A DNA stretch of 64,000 nt from an uncultured Ilumatobacteraceae bacterium (lineage in GTDB: Bacteria > Actinomycetota > Acidimicrobiia > Acidimicrobiales > Ilumatobacteraceae). Below are positions 19,071 through 28,638 of the stretch, one piece after another (position 1 is the stretch's first letter; the number at the start of each line of letters is the position of its first letter). The stretch covers positions 76,921 through 140,920 of the forward strand of contig CAYYHU010000001.1 of the NCBI GenBank assembly GCA_964471865.1, read 5' to 3'. The notes below the pieces were generated by a model. That model was not told where the DNA came from. It saw only the letters and a list, made by a program, of their open reading frames with translations, and ran no database searches. A program made the translations under genes and the position numbers.

Positions 19071-19835
19071 ATGGATCTGGGATTGACCGAACGGCGAGCC
19101 ATCGTCACGGGAGGATCGCGAGGTATCGGGCGGGCCGTGGCGGAGTCCTTGATCGCCGAGGGCGCGAAGGTCGCCATCTGTGGGCGTAACGCCGACTCTC
19201 TCGAGACTGCGCGCTCCGAACTCGGTGACCGATGTGAGACCGCGGTGGTCGATGCTGCAGATCACGATGCTCTGGCGGCCTGGGTCGCAACCACCGCTCA
19301 GGCCTGGGGCGGGCTCGACATCGTCGTCTCCAACGTCTCAGCTCTCGGTGGCACCCCTCGCTCACCCGAAGGCTGGCGACGCAACTTCGATGTCGACGTC
19401 TTGTCGAGTGTGGCGTTGATCGATGCCGCGTTCCCGTATCTGAAGGACTCCGATGCGGCCAGCATCGTGCAGATCGGAACGATCACCGCGGTCGAGTACC
19501 ACGGATTTCCCGGCGGCGGGTTCAGTTACGGCGCGATGAAAGCGGCCTTGGTGAACTACATCAGTCAGTTGGCGATGGAGTACGCCCCCGAAGGGATCCG
19601 CGCCAACACGGTGTCACCGGGGCCGATTTTCATCGAGGGAGGATCCTGGGACTACATCCAACGCCGACTCCCCGAGTACTACGCCGAGAACGTGGCCCAT
19701 CAACCCTCGGGACGCTTGGGACACCCCGATGAGGTCGCTCGGGTCGTCACGTTCCTCGCCAGTCCCGCCGCGTCATGGGTGACGGGTGAGAACGTCGTCG
19801 TCGACGGCGGTTTCACTCGCCGCCACGCCTTCTGA
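19071..19835 (+). CDS. SDR family oxidoreductase
   Basis: ATG at 19071 preceded by AGGAG. RRAIVTGGSRGIGRAVAESL and YGAMKAALVNY. Confidence 0.85.
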   Translation: MDLGLTERRAIVTGGSRGIGRAVAESLIAEGAKVAICGRNADSLETARSELGDRCETAVVDAADHDALAAWVATTAQAWGGLDIVVSNVSALGGTPRSPEGWRRNFDVDVLSSVALIDAAFPYLKDSDAASIVQIGTITAVEYHGFPGGGFSYGAMKAALVNYISQLAMEYAPEGIRANTVSPGPIFIEGGSWDYIQRRLPEYYAENVAHQPSGRLGHPDEVARVVTFLASPAASWVTGENVVVDGGFTRRHAF

Positions 19836-20309
19836 GCCAGGACTCCACGCGCAGGCTCGTTCGCGGCGCAGACGCCGGACCAGCGCTGCGGTGAGCACGA
19901 TCAGCGACGCCACGGCGAGAACGGGCTGGACGGGCGCGAACCATTGCTGGGCTCCGGTGGTTCCCAGGGCGATGACCACGAGTTTGTTGCAGACCGGACA
20001 GCCCACGGCGAAGAACGACAACACTCCTCCGACGCCGCCGAGACGACCGGGTCCATCGAGGGTGATCTCGCTGCCGCGTTCACGAACATAGGTAGCGGCC
20101 AGCAGCCCTGCGAGGACGGCGGTAGCGATGAGGACCGGAACCGACCACCAGGTCACCGCCACCGGACGGCCGAACACGGGGTTGGGAATCACATCGGTCG
20201 GGATCCCGACCGCCAGGGCGACCGCGACACTCGCGCCCAGCGCTACACCCCATCGACGCCGACTCCACGACCGCACGGGTCCAGTCTGGCAAGTCGACAC
20301 TCGCCTCAC
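19773..20309 (-). CDS. four-TM membrane protein with intramembrane CPxC motif
   Basis: Four predicted hydrophobic helices, the third carrying FFAVGCPVCNKLVVIALG. Its 3-prime end overlaps the convergent SDR by 63 nt. Confidence 0.5.
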   Translation of the reverse strand: MRRVSTCQTGPVRSWSRRRWGVALGASVAVALAVGIPTDVIPNPVFGRPVAVTWWSVPVLIATAVLAGLLAATYVRERGSEITLDGPGRLGGVGGVLSFFAVGCPVCNKLVVIALGTTGAQQWFAPVQPVLAVASLIVLTAALVRRLRRERACAWSPGSEGVAASETAVDDDVLTRHP

Positions 20310-20410
20310 ACCCTCATCCGACGCAGGTGCAGAGCTCGGCCGATATCGGTGGTGGTCCAGCGGCCCATCGGGCTTGGCCTGTTCGCTTCGACGTGTGGTT
20401 GGATCCTCCC

Positions 20411-21229
20411 ATGCCTTCCACCCCCTCGACCCCTTTCGTCGTCGCGACCGTCAACGTCAATGGAATCCGCGCTGCGGTCCGCAAAGGCATGACTCAGTGG
20501 CTCGAGGACCGTCGTCCCGATGTGGTCACCCTGCAGGAGGTCCGAGCTCCCGATGCAATGGTGGACGATCTCGTGGGCGATTCCTGGCATGTCGTGCACG
20601 ACGAGTGTTCGGCCAAAGGCCGAGCCGGGGTCGCCATCATGGGTCGCGAGCCCTTGGGACCGGTCACCACCTGGCAAGACACCCAGGACTATGCCGCCAC
20701 CGGGCGATGGATCGAAGCCGAGGTCGACGCCGGACTCGATGCCGGGCTCACCATCGTGTCGGTCTATGTCCACACCGGTGACGCCGAGTCCCCGGAACGC
20801 ATGGCCGAGAAACTCGCGTTTCTCGAGGCGATGACGACGCGGATGAACGAGCTTCGCGACAGCGGCCGGCATGTTCTCGTGACCGGCGATCTCAACGTCG
20901 CGCATCGAAACGTGGACCTCAAGAACTGGAAAGGCAATCTGACCAGCGCCGGCTTCCTGCCCGAGGAACGGGCCTTTTTCGACCGGTGGTTCGACCAGGA
21001 CGGTTGGGTCGATGTCGTGCGAACGCTTCACGGTGACGACCCGGGACCGTACTCGTGGTGGTCCTATCGAGGCCGAGCCTTCGACACCGACGCCGGGTGG
21101 CGGATCGATTACCAGATCGCATCGCCCGAACTGGCCGCACGCGCGACGCATGCCTGGGTCGATCGGGCACCGGCGTATGACCAGCGCTGGTCGGATCACG
21201 CTCCGGTCGTGGTCGCGTATCGCCGTTGA
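20411..21229 (+). CDS. xthA: exodeoxyribonuclease III
   Basis: ATG at 20411 (MPSTPSTPFVVATVNVNGIRAA). DVVTLQEVRAP and C-terminal WSDHAPVVV. Confidence 0.9.
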   Translation: MPSTPSTPFVVATVNVNGIRAAVRKGMTQWLEDRRPDVVTLQEVRAPDAMVDDLVGDSWHVVHDECSAKGRAGVAIMGREPLGPVTTWQDTQDYAATGRWIEAEVDAGLDAGLTIVSVYVHTGDAESPERMAEKLAFLEAMTTRMNELRDSGRHVLVTGDLNVAHRNVDLKNWKGNLTSAGFLPEERAFFDRWFDQDGWVDVVRTLHGDDPGPYSWWSYRGRAFDTDAGWRIDYQIASPELAARATHAWVDRAPAYDQRWSDHAPVVVAYRR

Positions 21230-21260
21230 GGACTCATCCCCCTCGACACCCTCTCGCCCG

Positions 21261-22199
21261 TCAACGTCGGGGCGTGACCGGTTCGAGCCGCTCCATCAGA
21301 TCGCTGACCCGGGCGGTGGCCATGGCCATGAAGGTGTCGGCGGCTCCGTAGTACAGCCGAATCTCATCGGTCGCCGGATCGTGAAGCAGTCCGCAGGGAA
21401 AGACCACGTTGGGAACGTCGCCGACGCGTTCGTACTCGGCTTCGGGGCTCAGAACCCACGACGAGGCGCGGGCGGTGACGATCTCGGGACGCTCGAGATC
21501 GAGTAGAGCGACCCCGACGCGGTAGAGCGACCCCGACACCGTCACCTTCACCCCGTGATACAGAAGGAGCCACCCCTGGTCCGTTTCGATCGGCGGAGGG
21601 CCGATTCCGATTCGCGAGGCATCCCACCAGGCCCCGTCCCGGGGGTGCATCACCGGTGTGGTGGCGGTCCAGCCCACCAGATCTCGCGACTTCGACATCC
21701 AGATACCCGGAGTGTGCCCGTTGTGGCCTCGCGAGGGCCGGTGCAACATCACCCACCATCCGTCGATACGACGGGGTAGCACGACCGCATTCTTGTCCTC
21801 GGGGGGCATCACCAGTCCCCGGGGTTCGACGGTGACGAGATCCGTTTCGGCCAGGAAGACCGCCGGTCCGGGCGGACCGTACGCCGTACAGGTGAGCAGC
21901 CACCGACCGAGTTCGGGAGCGAAAACCACGCGGGGATCCTCGAAACCCCATTGCTCGTCTTCGATCCCCGCTCGAGGGCTCAGCATCGCGGTGTCATCGA
22001 CGCGCCACTGGGTTCGTCCATCGCGAGAGCGAGCCGCCCACAGATGCGAAATTCCCCTCGTGTCCTCCACTCGACAGATGAGCACCGTGTCCTGACCGTC
22101 GTGAGCGACAGCCGCGTTGAACACCGTGTTGACGCGCACCGGCCACTGCGCCGCCGTGAGGATCGGGTTGGCCTCGTCCCGTGTGAAGACATCGGTCAC
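21261..22199 (-). CDS. GH130 family protein (beta-mannoside phosphorylase/hydrolase-like, PH1107-related glycosidase)
   Basis: The GTG at 22199-22197 overlaps the upstream TGA (GTGA). FTRDEANPILT, VFNAAVAHDGQDTVLICRVED and VFPCGLLHDPATDEIRLYYGAADT. Confidence 0.8.
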   Translation of the reverse strand: MTDVFTRDEANPILTAAQWPVRVNTVFNAAVAHDGQDTVLICRVEDTRGISHLWAARSRDGRTQWRVDDTAMLSPRAGIEDEQWGFEDPRVVFAPELGRWLLTCTAYGPPGPAVFLAETDLVTVEPRGLVMPPEDKNAVVLPRRIDGWWVMLHRPSRGHNGHTPGIWMSKSRDLVGWTATTPVMHPRDGAWWDASRIGIGPPPIETDQGWLLLYHGVKVTVSGSLYRVGVALLDLERPEIVTARASSWVLSPEAEYERVGDVPNVVFPCGLLHDPATDEIRLYYGAADTFMAMATARVSDLMERLEPVTPRR

Positions 22200-24517
22200 G
22201 ACCGGGCCCCCGCTGCGATCCGGGATCGGCGCCGCACCGTGGACGCCATTCCCGCCGCTTCGAGAGCCAGACGGGCTTCGAGATACGCGAGCAGCGATTC
22301 GGCACCCTGGTTCGCGTTCACGTGATCCGCGGCGAGACCATCCCCACATCCACCGGTGGTGGCGTCATACACCGGGCGTCCCAGACGGTTACCCCCGGTG
22401 AACCAGGAGAACGCCGTCAAGGCGCGATGGGCGTGGCGAGGATCCCCGGTCACGACCAACGCGTCGAGTTCCGCCGCCACCAGAGCCGTCGCGTCGAGGG
22501 CCTGTTCGTCACCGAGTCCGGGAAAGGGATCACCTCGTCTCCATCCGGCGTTCCCCGACAGCCGACACAAACCATCGGCGAGACCGCACCGATCACCCCA
22601 CCAGGCCAGCGTCGACAGCCCCACCTCGACGATGTCGGGATCGCGCAGGACGTGCCCAGCCGCGATGACGGCTTGGGGGATACGGGCGTTGTCGTAGGCG
22701 AGATGGTCTTCGAACCAGTTCCATTCACCCTGGGAATCAGCCGAGTCGCGTCGATGCTCGCGGTGGTGATCGAGCAGACACTGACACAGGACCTCGACGA
22801 GACTGCGCCACGGACCCAGTGCCGAGGGCACCACGGTGCTCGACACAGGCCGGGTCAGACCGAGCAGGGCGAAAGCCGCGGTACGCGGTGATGACGTGAC
22901 CCCCAACAGGTCTTCGCACAGGTCGTCCATCAGACGGCGAGCCGCAAATGCCAGCCCTGCAGGCAGGTCCTCGGGGAGCACGTCCCCGAGCGCCCAGATC
23001 GCACGACCGACATGGTCGCCATGATGGGGATGATCGAGCCAGGTGCGTTCATACGACATCAGGTTGTGCATGCCGCACCGCTGAGGCGTGTCAGCAGCAT
23101 GAGTCAAGAACGCCAGTGCTCGCATCGCGATCCCGTTCCACGGACCTCCATGGACGCGACGCCCGAGACGCCACGCGATCGGCAGCAATCGGGCGACATC
23201 ATCGACGCAGTAACCCGTCGAACGATCCGGAACCGAGCCGACCGCATGCTGGACGATGCCGACATCGTCCACGAGAACCTCGAGATGATCGAGGCGCAGC
23301 GGCGGCAACATCGGCTCCTCGATCTCGAGTGGAACGGGACCGTTGGTCCGACTCGCGGCGGCCTCACACACCCGGGCGGTGGCGAGTCCCACCTCGGGCC
23401 ATGACAGCGAGGCGCCGACCCGCCGGGCCTCCTCCCGCGCTGCATCTCGTTCCTCGCGGTGACGGACCAGGCGCGAGATCGCGTCGCTGAGCGCCTGAGC
23501 GTCACCGAAGGGCACGAGAACTCCAGCCCCCGTGGACAACAGATCTTCGGCGTATCGGTACGGGGTGGAGATCACAGGACATCCCGCCGCCACCGCGAAG
23601 GTCAACGCTCCCGACACGATCTGTTCGCGTTCGGCGTAGGCCGTGACGAAGACATCGGTGGCACCGAGGAGTTCGGCCAGTTCCTCCACGGTCAGAAATC
23701 GGTCGTCGAACACGATGTGATCAGTGATCCCGAGCTCCTCCACTCGTCGTTGCAGCCCGAGCCGATACGACTCACCGTCGCGACGCGCCACCTCGGGATG
23801 GGTACGACCGGCGATGACGAGGACCACTTCGGGATGATCTGTCACCACCGAGGCCATGGCGTCGATGGCGGTTTCGAGACCCTTACCCGGAGAGAGCAGA
23901 CCGAACGAGGACACCACGAAACGACCGCGGGTCGTGGTGGGACCCCGACCCGGTCGACCCCCCAGGGGTATCTCCACCAGTGAGCGCCGCCGATGAGCGA
24001 CCTCGGTGATCGCCCGAGGGGCGCCATGGGCCACGACATGAACCCGATCAGGATCTGCGATGCCCGAACCGACGACGAGATCGCGAGCGGTCTCGGTGAA
24101 CACCATGACCGCGGCCGCGGAACGACAGAGTTCTCGTTGGACGTGATGCTGGGTGGGAGTCGGAGTGCCGAGCACCGTGTGAAGGCACACGACGTACGGA
24201 ATCGACAACTCGGTCGCGAAGGTCAAGACATACTCGCCATCAGCCCCGCCGAAAATCCCGAACTCGTGCTCGATGATGACGATGTCGCATCCGAGACGAC
24301 CGAGCAACCGAGCACTGCGGCGATAGTCCGCGCGCACATCGGCCGCCACGGTGGTCACCACGGGGGATGGATAGACGTGGGTCTCGCCATCGGTGATGGC
24401 GACGACATCGACAGCATCCACACCCGGTGCTTCGAGAAGAGACGCTCGCAGATCGGCCGCGAACGTGGCCAGTCCACACGAGCGTGGTGGGTATGTCGAC
24501 AGGATCGCAGTACGCAT
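22196..24517 (-). CDS. GT4 (GT-B) glycosyltransferase fused to a ~370-aa C-terminal domain of unknown function
   Basis: Start MRTAILSTYPPRSCGLATFAADL (ATG 24517-24515). GT-B C-lobe: EVVLVIAGRTHPE and DVFVTAYAEREQIVSGALTFAVAAGCPVISTPYRYAEDLL. Residues ~400-773 have no motif I can assign. Confidence 0.8.
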   Translation of the reverse strand: MRTAILSTYPPRSCGLATFAADLRASLLEAPGVDAVDVVAITDGETHVYPSPVVTTVAADVRADYRRSARLLGRLGCDIVIIEHEFGIFGGADGEYVLTFATELSIPYVVCLHTVLGTPTPTQHHVQRELCRSAAAVMVFTETARDLVVGSGIADPDRVHVVAHGAPRAITEVAHRRRSLVEIPLGGRPGRGPTTTRGRFVVSSFGLLSPGKGLETAIDAMASVVTDHPEVVLVIAGRTHPEVARRDGESYRLGLQRRVEELGITDHIVFDDRFLTVEELAELLGATDVFVTAYAEREQIVSGALTFAVAAGCPVISTPYRYAEDLLSTGAGVLVPFGDAQALSDAISRLVRHREERDAAREEARRVGASLSWPEVGLATARVCEAAASRTNGPVPLEIEEPMLPPLRLDHLEVLVDDVGIVQHAVGSVPDRSTGYCVDDVARLLPIAWRLGRRVHGGPWNGIAMRALAFLTHAADTPQRCGMHNLMSYERTWLDHPHHGDHVGRAIWALGDVLPEDLPAGLAFAARRLMDDLCEDLLGVTSSPRTAAFALLGLTRPVSSTVVPSALGPWRSLVEVLCQCLLDHHREHRRDSADSQGEWNWFEDHLAYDNARIPQAVIAAGHVLRDPDIVEVGLSTLAWWGDRCGLADGLCRLSGNAGWRRGDPFPGLGDEQALDATALVAAELDALVVTGDPRHAHRALTAFSWFTGGNRLGRPVYDATTGGCGDGLAADHVNANQGAESLLAYLEARLALEAAGMASTVRRRSRIAAGARS

Positions 24518-24624
24518 ACCTCTGTCGATATCGGCCGGTGACGCGCACCCCCACGGTCGAAGGTCCCCCCGGATTCGGGTCGGCCGGTGAGGCATGACTC
24601 GATCAGCGCTGAGATGATGCGCTC

Positions 24625-25551
24625 ATGGATCTGGTCGTGATCGGCTATCCCGATCGCCTCGTCGAGGATCATCGGGCGTTGCTCGACGCCGCTCGTCGCG
24701 CCGGTTTCACCGCCGAACTCGTGGCGCCGTCACGAATCGGTCTGTACGTCGACCACCATGGTGAACGCGTCCTGGTGGATGGCGTCGAGCGGCGGCCCGA
24801 CGTCGTGTTTCCTCGCGGCGTGAACCGTCCCTGGCCGATTCTGCGCCAGGTCCTCGAGATCTGGGATCGAGACAGAACCCTCGTGGTGCCCGGGATTGCA
24901 GCCGCCGATGCCTGCGCCGACAAACTGGTCACCACACGCCGCCTGGCAGCCGCCGGGGTGCCGGTTCTTCCCACCATCGGACTGGCACCGGGCCCCGGGG
25001 TCCATCTGGGTGAGTCCTGGGGTTCACAGGCTCTCGTGGCCAAGCCGGCACGCGCTTCCAAGGCTCGGGGGGTCTGTGGGTACGAGGACTCCGAGGAGGC
25101 CCAGATCGCGCTGAGCGAACTGGTCCCGCTCGTCGACGGCATGACCGACCATCACGTGGTGCAGCCCCTGGCCGCATCGGCGGGATGTGATTACCGGGTC
25201 GTGATCGCGGGCGGTGAGGTCGTGGCGCTCACCCGCCGCCACGCCCCCGAGGGCACCTTCGTGACGAACCGCGCCGGCGGCATCGTCACCGATGTGATCC
25301 ATCCCGAGCGGGCCGTTCCCGCCGTCGTCGACGTCGCGCGGGCCGCCGCTATGGCACTGGGGCTGAGTGTGGGGGGTATCGACGTGATCGAACACGTGGA
25401 TGGTCCCGTCGTCCTCGAAGCCAACGCGTGGCCCGGACTCGCAGCCAGTGTTCATGGCGACCGGATCGCTGCCGCCTTCATCGATGTCGCCCGGTCCGCA
25501 CTCGGCGAGCGCCATCTCGTTGCCGATCTGCTGGGATCCCGCGCCGGCTGA
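24625..25551 (+). CDS. RimK-type ATP-grasp ligase
   Basis: DYRVVIAGGEVVALTRR ... TNRAGGI and GIDVIEHVDGPVVLEANAWPGL. The glycine-rich loop is degenerate (KPARASKARGV). Confidence 0.75.
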   Translation: MDLVVIGYPDRLVEDHRALLDAARRAGFTAELVAPSRIGLYVDHHGERVLVDGVERRPDVVFPRGVNRPWPILRQVLEIWDRDRTLVVPGIAAADACADKLVTTRRLAAAGVPVLPTIGLAPGPGVHLGESWGSQALVAKPARASKARGVCGYEDSEEAQIALSELVPLVDGMTDHHVVQPLAASAGCDYRVVIAGGEVVALTRRHAPEGTFVTNRAGGIVTDVIHPERAVPAVVDVARAAAMALGLSVGGIDVIEHVDGPVVLEANAWPGLAASVHGDRIAAAFIDVARSALGERHLVADLLGSRAG

Positions 25552-25593
25552 GCCCGAGGTTCGCTCCCGCCCGAGGAAAACTTCGGACCGCTA

Positions 25594-26475
25594 TCAGATC
25601 AGCGTCGCCACCGCATCGGCGGTGGCTTGTCGATAGTGCCCACCGAACTTGATCGCATGCGACATCAACGGGGCGAGTTGATGCAGCGGAACTCGTTCCT
25701 CCCAACCATCCGCGAGAGGCCAGGCCTCGCGGTAGGCATCGAACGCTCGAGATGCGAACCCGCCGAACAACCGCATCATCGCGAGATCGAATTCGCGATG
25801 ACCACCATGGGCGGCGGGATCAATGAGCCAGCTTCGCCCGGCCGCATCGACGAGGCGGTTGCCGGCCCACAAGTCACCGTGAAGACGTGACGGCGGCTGG
25901 TTCCCCGCTGCGAACCGATCGAGACGATCAGCAATGGCCTCGATGCGTCGAAGCACCGTCACGTCCAATGCTTCCGCCGCATAGGCGAGACGCACCAATG
26001 GTCGCAGACGCGCCTGAGCGAAGAACTCGGTCCAGGTCTCGGCCGGATCGTTGGGAAGAGAACGACTCGTGGTGGGTCGGCGATCGATGCGACCGAAACA
26101 GGGGGCTCCGCTGCGATGCAGCTCCGAGAGTTGGCGGCCGAAGGTTTCCTCATCGGCGACTCCCCACCCGGTGTTCTCCACGAACGACACCACGATGAGA
26201 GCCGTGGGACCCGGCCCTCCGGGCGCGCCACCGTCCTGCACGGCGAGTACCTCGGGAACATGAACGGTGTCGCTGGCCCGTAACCAGTCGAGACTCGCGG
26301 CCTCGGTGGTGAACATCCCGGGGGTGGGCGCCGGATGGGTCTTGGCCACCACCGGTCGACCGCTGTCGAGCACCACGCGCATCGTGGTGGATACGTCGCC
26401 ACCACCGAGGGGCTTCCAGGCCACCACGTGGGCTCCGAGCAGACGAGACAACTCGTTTCGCAGCCCCGCCTCCAT
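25594..26475 (-). CDS. fructosamine/ketosamine-3-kinase family protein
   Basis: Start at MEAGLRNELSRLLG (ATG 26475-26473). Family signature RLHGDLWAGNRLVD. Confidence 0.8.
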   Translation of the reverse strand: MEAGLRNELSRLLGAHVVAWKPLGGGDVSTTMRVVLDSGRPVVAKTHPAPTPGMFTTEAASLDWLRASDTVHVPEVLAVQDGGAPGGPGPTALIVVSFVENTGWGVADEETFGRQLSELHRSGAPCFGRIDRRPTTSRSLPNDPAETWTEFFAQARLRPLVRLAYAAEALDVTVLRRIEAIADRLDRFAAGNQPPSRLHGDLWAGNRLVDAAGRSWLIDPAAHGGHREFDLAMMRLFGGFASRAFDAYREAWPLADGWEERVPLHQLAPLMSHAIKFGGHYRQATADAVATLI

Positions 26476-26600
26476 CGCCGAGACATTACCGCTGACACCC
26501 CGGCTGCCTCGGGCTGACGCCACGTCCCCAGCGGCGTCGACGTCGCAATCTCGGTGGTGGTGGCACCGGTGGGCCACAATGTCGGGGCCGTCGAGGAGAG

Positions 26601-27953
26601 GTGGGGACCGGCGTGGGAGACATCACAGATCTGGCCGAACGTTTTTGGGAAGGTGAGCTGGATCTCGCCGACCTGGCTCATCATCCGGTGCGCCGACCGG
26701 CGACGGGTCCGGTGCATGAAGAGGTTCGCGATGGTGTCCTGGTGCTCAAGAGTGTTGCCACGGTCAATGCTGTCGACACCGGCGACGGTCTCGTCATGCT
26801 CGACACCGGGGGTTTCTTCGACACCGATCTGGTCTATGACACGGTGCGGTCCTGGCGTCCCGAGGATCGACTCGCCGGAGCGGTGTATTCGCATCACCAT
26901 GTGGATCATGTGTTCGGAACCCTGCGTTTCGACGCCGAAGCCGCAGACCGCGGTTGGGAACGTCCGGTGGTGTTCAGCCATGAGGAACTTCCCGCCCACT
27001 TCGATCGCTATGTGGCCACCAATGGATGGAACGCCAAGATCAATGCTCGCCAGTTCGGCGAACAGGCGGCCGCTGCTGGACCCGAGGCGGCGGCCCGGTT
27101 GAAGGACTTCACCTGGCCCACCGACTACCGATACCCCGATGTCACGTTCAAAGAGCACATGACATACCGCCAGGGGGACCTGACTTTCGAGTTGTTCCAT
27201 GCTCGAGGTGAAACCGATGATGCGACGTGGACCTGGGTTCCCGAACGCCGCTTCTTGCACCCGGGTGACCTGTTCATCTGGGCGGTGCCCAATGCCGGCA
27301 ACCCCCAGAAGGTCCAGCGTTACGTCTCGGACTGGGCGGATTCGCTCCGCCGCATGGCCGCATTACGACCCGAGGTGATGTTGGCCGGTCACGGTATGCC
27401 GATCTTTGGCACCGAGCGCATCGTGAGAGCTCTGACCGACACCGCTGATCTCCTGGATGCGATCGAATCCCAGACCATCGAGTTGATGAATACCGGCGCG
27501 AGTCTCGACACGGTTCTTCACAGCGTCGAGATTCCCGAGCATCTGCGCGAACTGCCCTATCTGCGACCGGTCTACGACCACCCGCAGTTCCTGGTGCGCA
27601 ACGTGTGGCGGCGCTATGGGGGATGGTGGGATGGTGAAGCCGACACGCTGTTGCCGGCTCCCCGCGCCCAACGAGCCCAGGAATGGGTGCAACTCGCCGG
27701 AGGTGTCGGCCGGGTCCTCGAACGGGTGGGGGAACTTCTCGGATCGGGAACCGATGACGATGTCCGTCTGGCATGTCACCTCGTCGAGTACGCAGCCATG
27801 GCGGCGCCCGATTCCTCCGAGGTGCACACGGCGCGAGCCGCCACGTATCGCGCCCGGGCGGCTGGTGATCCAACGCTCATGTCGAGGGCGCTGTTCCTCC
27901 ACGCCGCCGCATCGTCACAAGCTGGGCGCCGCGACCTCGTCGGCGACTGGTGA
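26601..27953 (+). CDS. MBL-fold metallo-hydrolase, alkyl/aryl-sulfatase-like (no SCP2 tail)
   Basis: HxHxDH motif AVYSHHHVDHVFG. The helical C-terminal half resembles the alkyl-sulfatase dimerisation domain. 450 aa is shorter than SdsA1-type enzymes. Confidence 0.7.
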   Translation: MGTGVGDITDLAERFWEGELDLADLAHHPVRRPATGPVHEEVRDGVLVLKSVATVNAVDTGDGLVMLDTGGFFDTDLVYDTVRSWRPEDRLAGAVYSHHHVDHVFGTLRFDAEAADRGWERPVVFSHEELPAHFDRYVATNGWNAKINARQFGEQAAAAGPEAAARLKDFTWPTDYRYPDVTFKEHMTYRQGDLTFELFHARGETDDATWTWVPERRFLHPGDLFIWAVPNAGNPQKVQRYVSDWADSLRRMAALRPEVMLAGHGMPIFGTERIVRALTDTADLLDAIESQTIELMNTGASLDTVLHSVEIPEHLRELPYLRPVYDHPQFLVRNVWRRYGGWWDGEADTLLPAPRAQRAQEWVQLAGGVGRVLERVGELLGSGTDDDVRLACHLVEYAAMAAPDSSEVHTARAATYRARAAGDPTLMSRALFLHAAASSQAGRRDLVGDW

Positions 27954-27996
27954 CCGTGGCCGACCGGGGTGACGAAGCGTCATGACCCCCTGGGGA

Positions 27997-28566
27997 TCAT
28001 GACGTCATTCCCCCCAGGCCGAGGGTTCCGCGCACATATTCGATCTCGCCCATATGCCGAAGGCCGTGCTGGTAGAGCCAACACTCGACCCCGTCGAGAA
28101 CGGTGATCCCCTCCTCGCCCGCCACGCGCGCCGAGAACGTCGACGCGATCTGGGGTGGGAACGGTCGGGTGATCACGATGCGGGCCAGTTCCTCGGGTCC
28201 GATCTCGGCCAGCCAGGACTCGGTGCGCGAAAACACGGCGTCCTGATAAGAGATGAGCGCGTCGAGATCTCCGATGCGTTGATGCGACATCTCGGCATGG
28301 GTGCGGTGTTTGCCGTGATCATCAACGGCGAGACCGACGCGTTCTTGCCACTGGGCATCCCAGATCGGCATGTGACCGGTGAGCAGCATGAAGGAGGCGT
28401 CCATCATGTTGAGAATGTGGAACCAGGAGAACGCGATCGGGAGGTCTCCCGGTTCGCGGACATGGTTCACATGGTCGAGATCCATCGTGGCGGCGGCATC
28501 GCGGTAGAGCGAATGCATCGCCGCCATACGACGTCGAAGCGAGTCGAGGATCATGGCGTCGGACAC
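27997..28566 (-). CDS. DinB-like family protein
   Basis: 189-aa helical protein with His-rich N-terminal helix pattern (MDLDHVNHV ... WFHILNMMD) and C-terminal HMGEIEY, as in DinB/YfiT-fold proteins. Confidence 0.55.
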   Translation of the reverse strand: MSDAMILDSLRRRMAAMHSLYRDAAATMDLDHVNHVREPGDLPIAFSWFHILNMMDASFMLLTGHMPIWDAQWQERVGLAVDDHGKHRTHAEMSHQRIGDLDALISYQDAVFSRTESWLAEIGPEELARIVITRPFPPQIASTFSARVAGEEGITVLDGVECWLYQHGLRHMGEIEYVRGTLGLGGMTS

Positions 28567-28638
28567 GTCGACGACGTTACTGGGCTGATGAGACTGCCGA
28601 GCCGGCTCGGTTCGTCACCGGCGTGCGTCTCGGTTCGA

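Noticed and set aside
25594-26475. Fructosamine-kinase-family gene as the non-orthologous replacement for the missing thrB
   Set aside because: HGDLWAGN is the ketosamine-3-kinase signature rather than that of APH-fold homoserine kinases, and the gene is far from the threonine cluster. There is no support from sequence alone.
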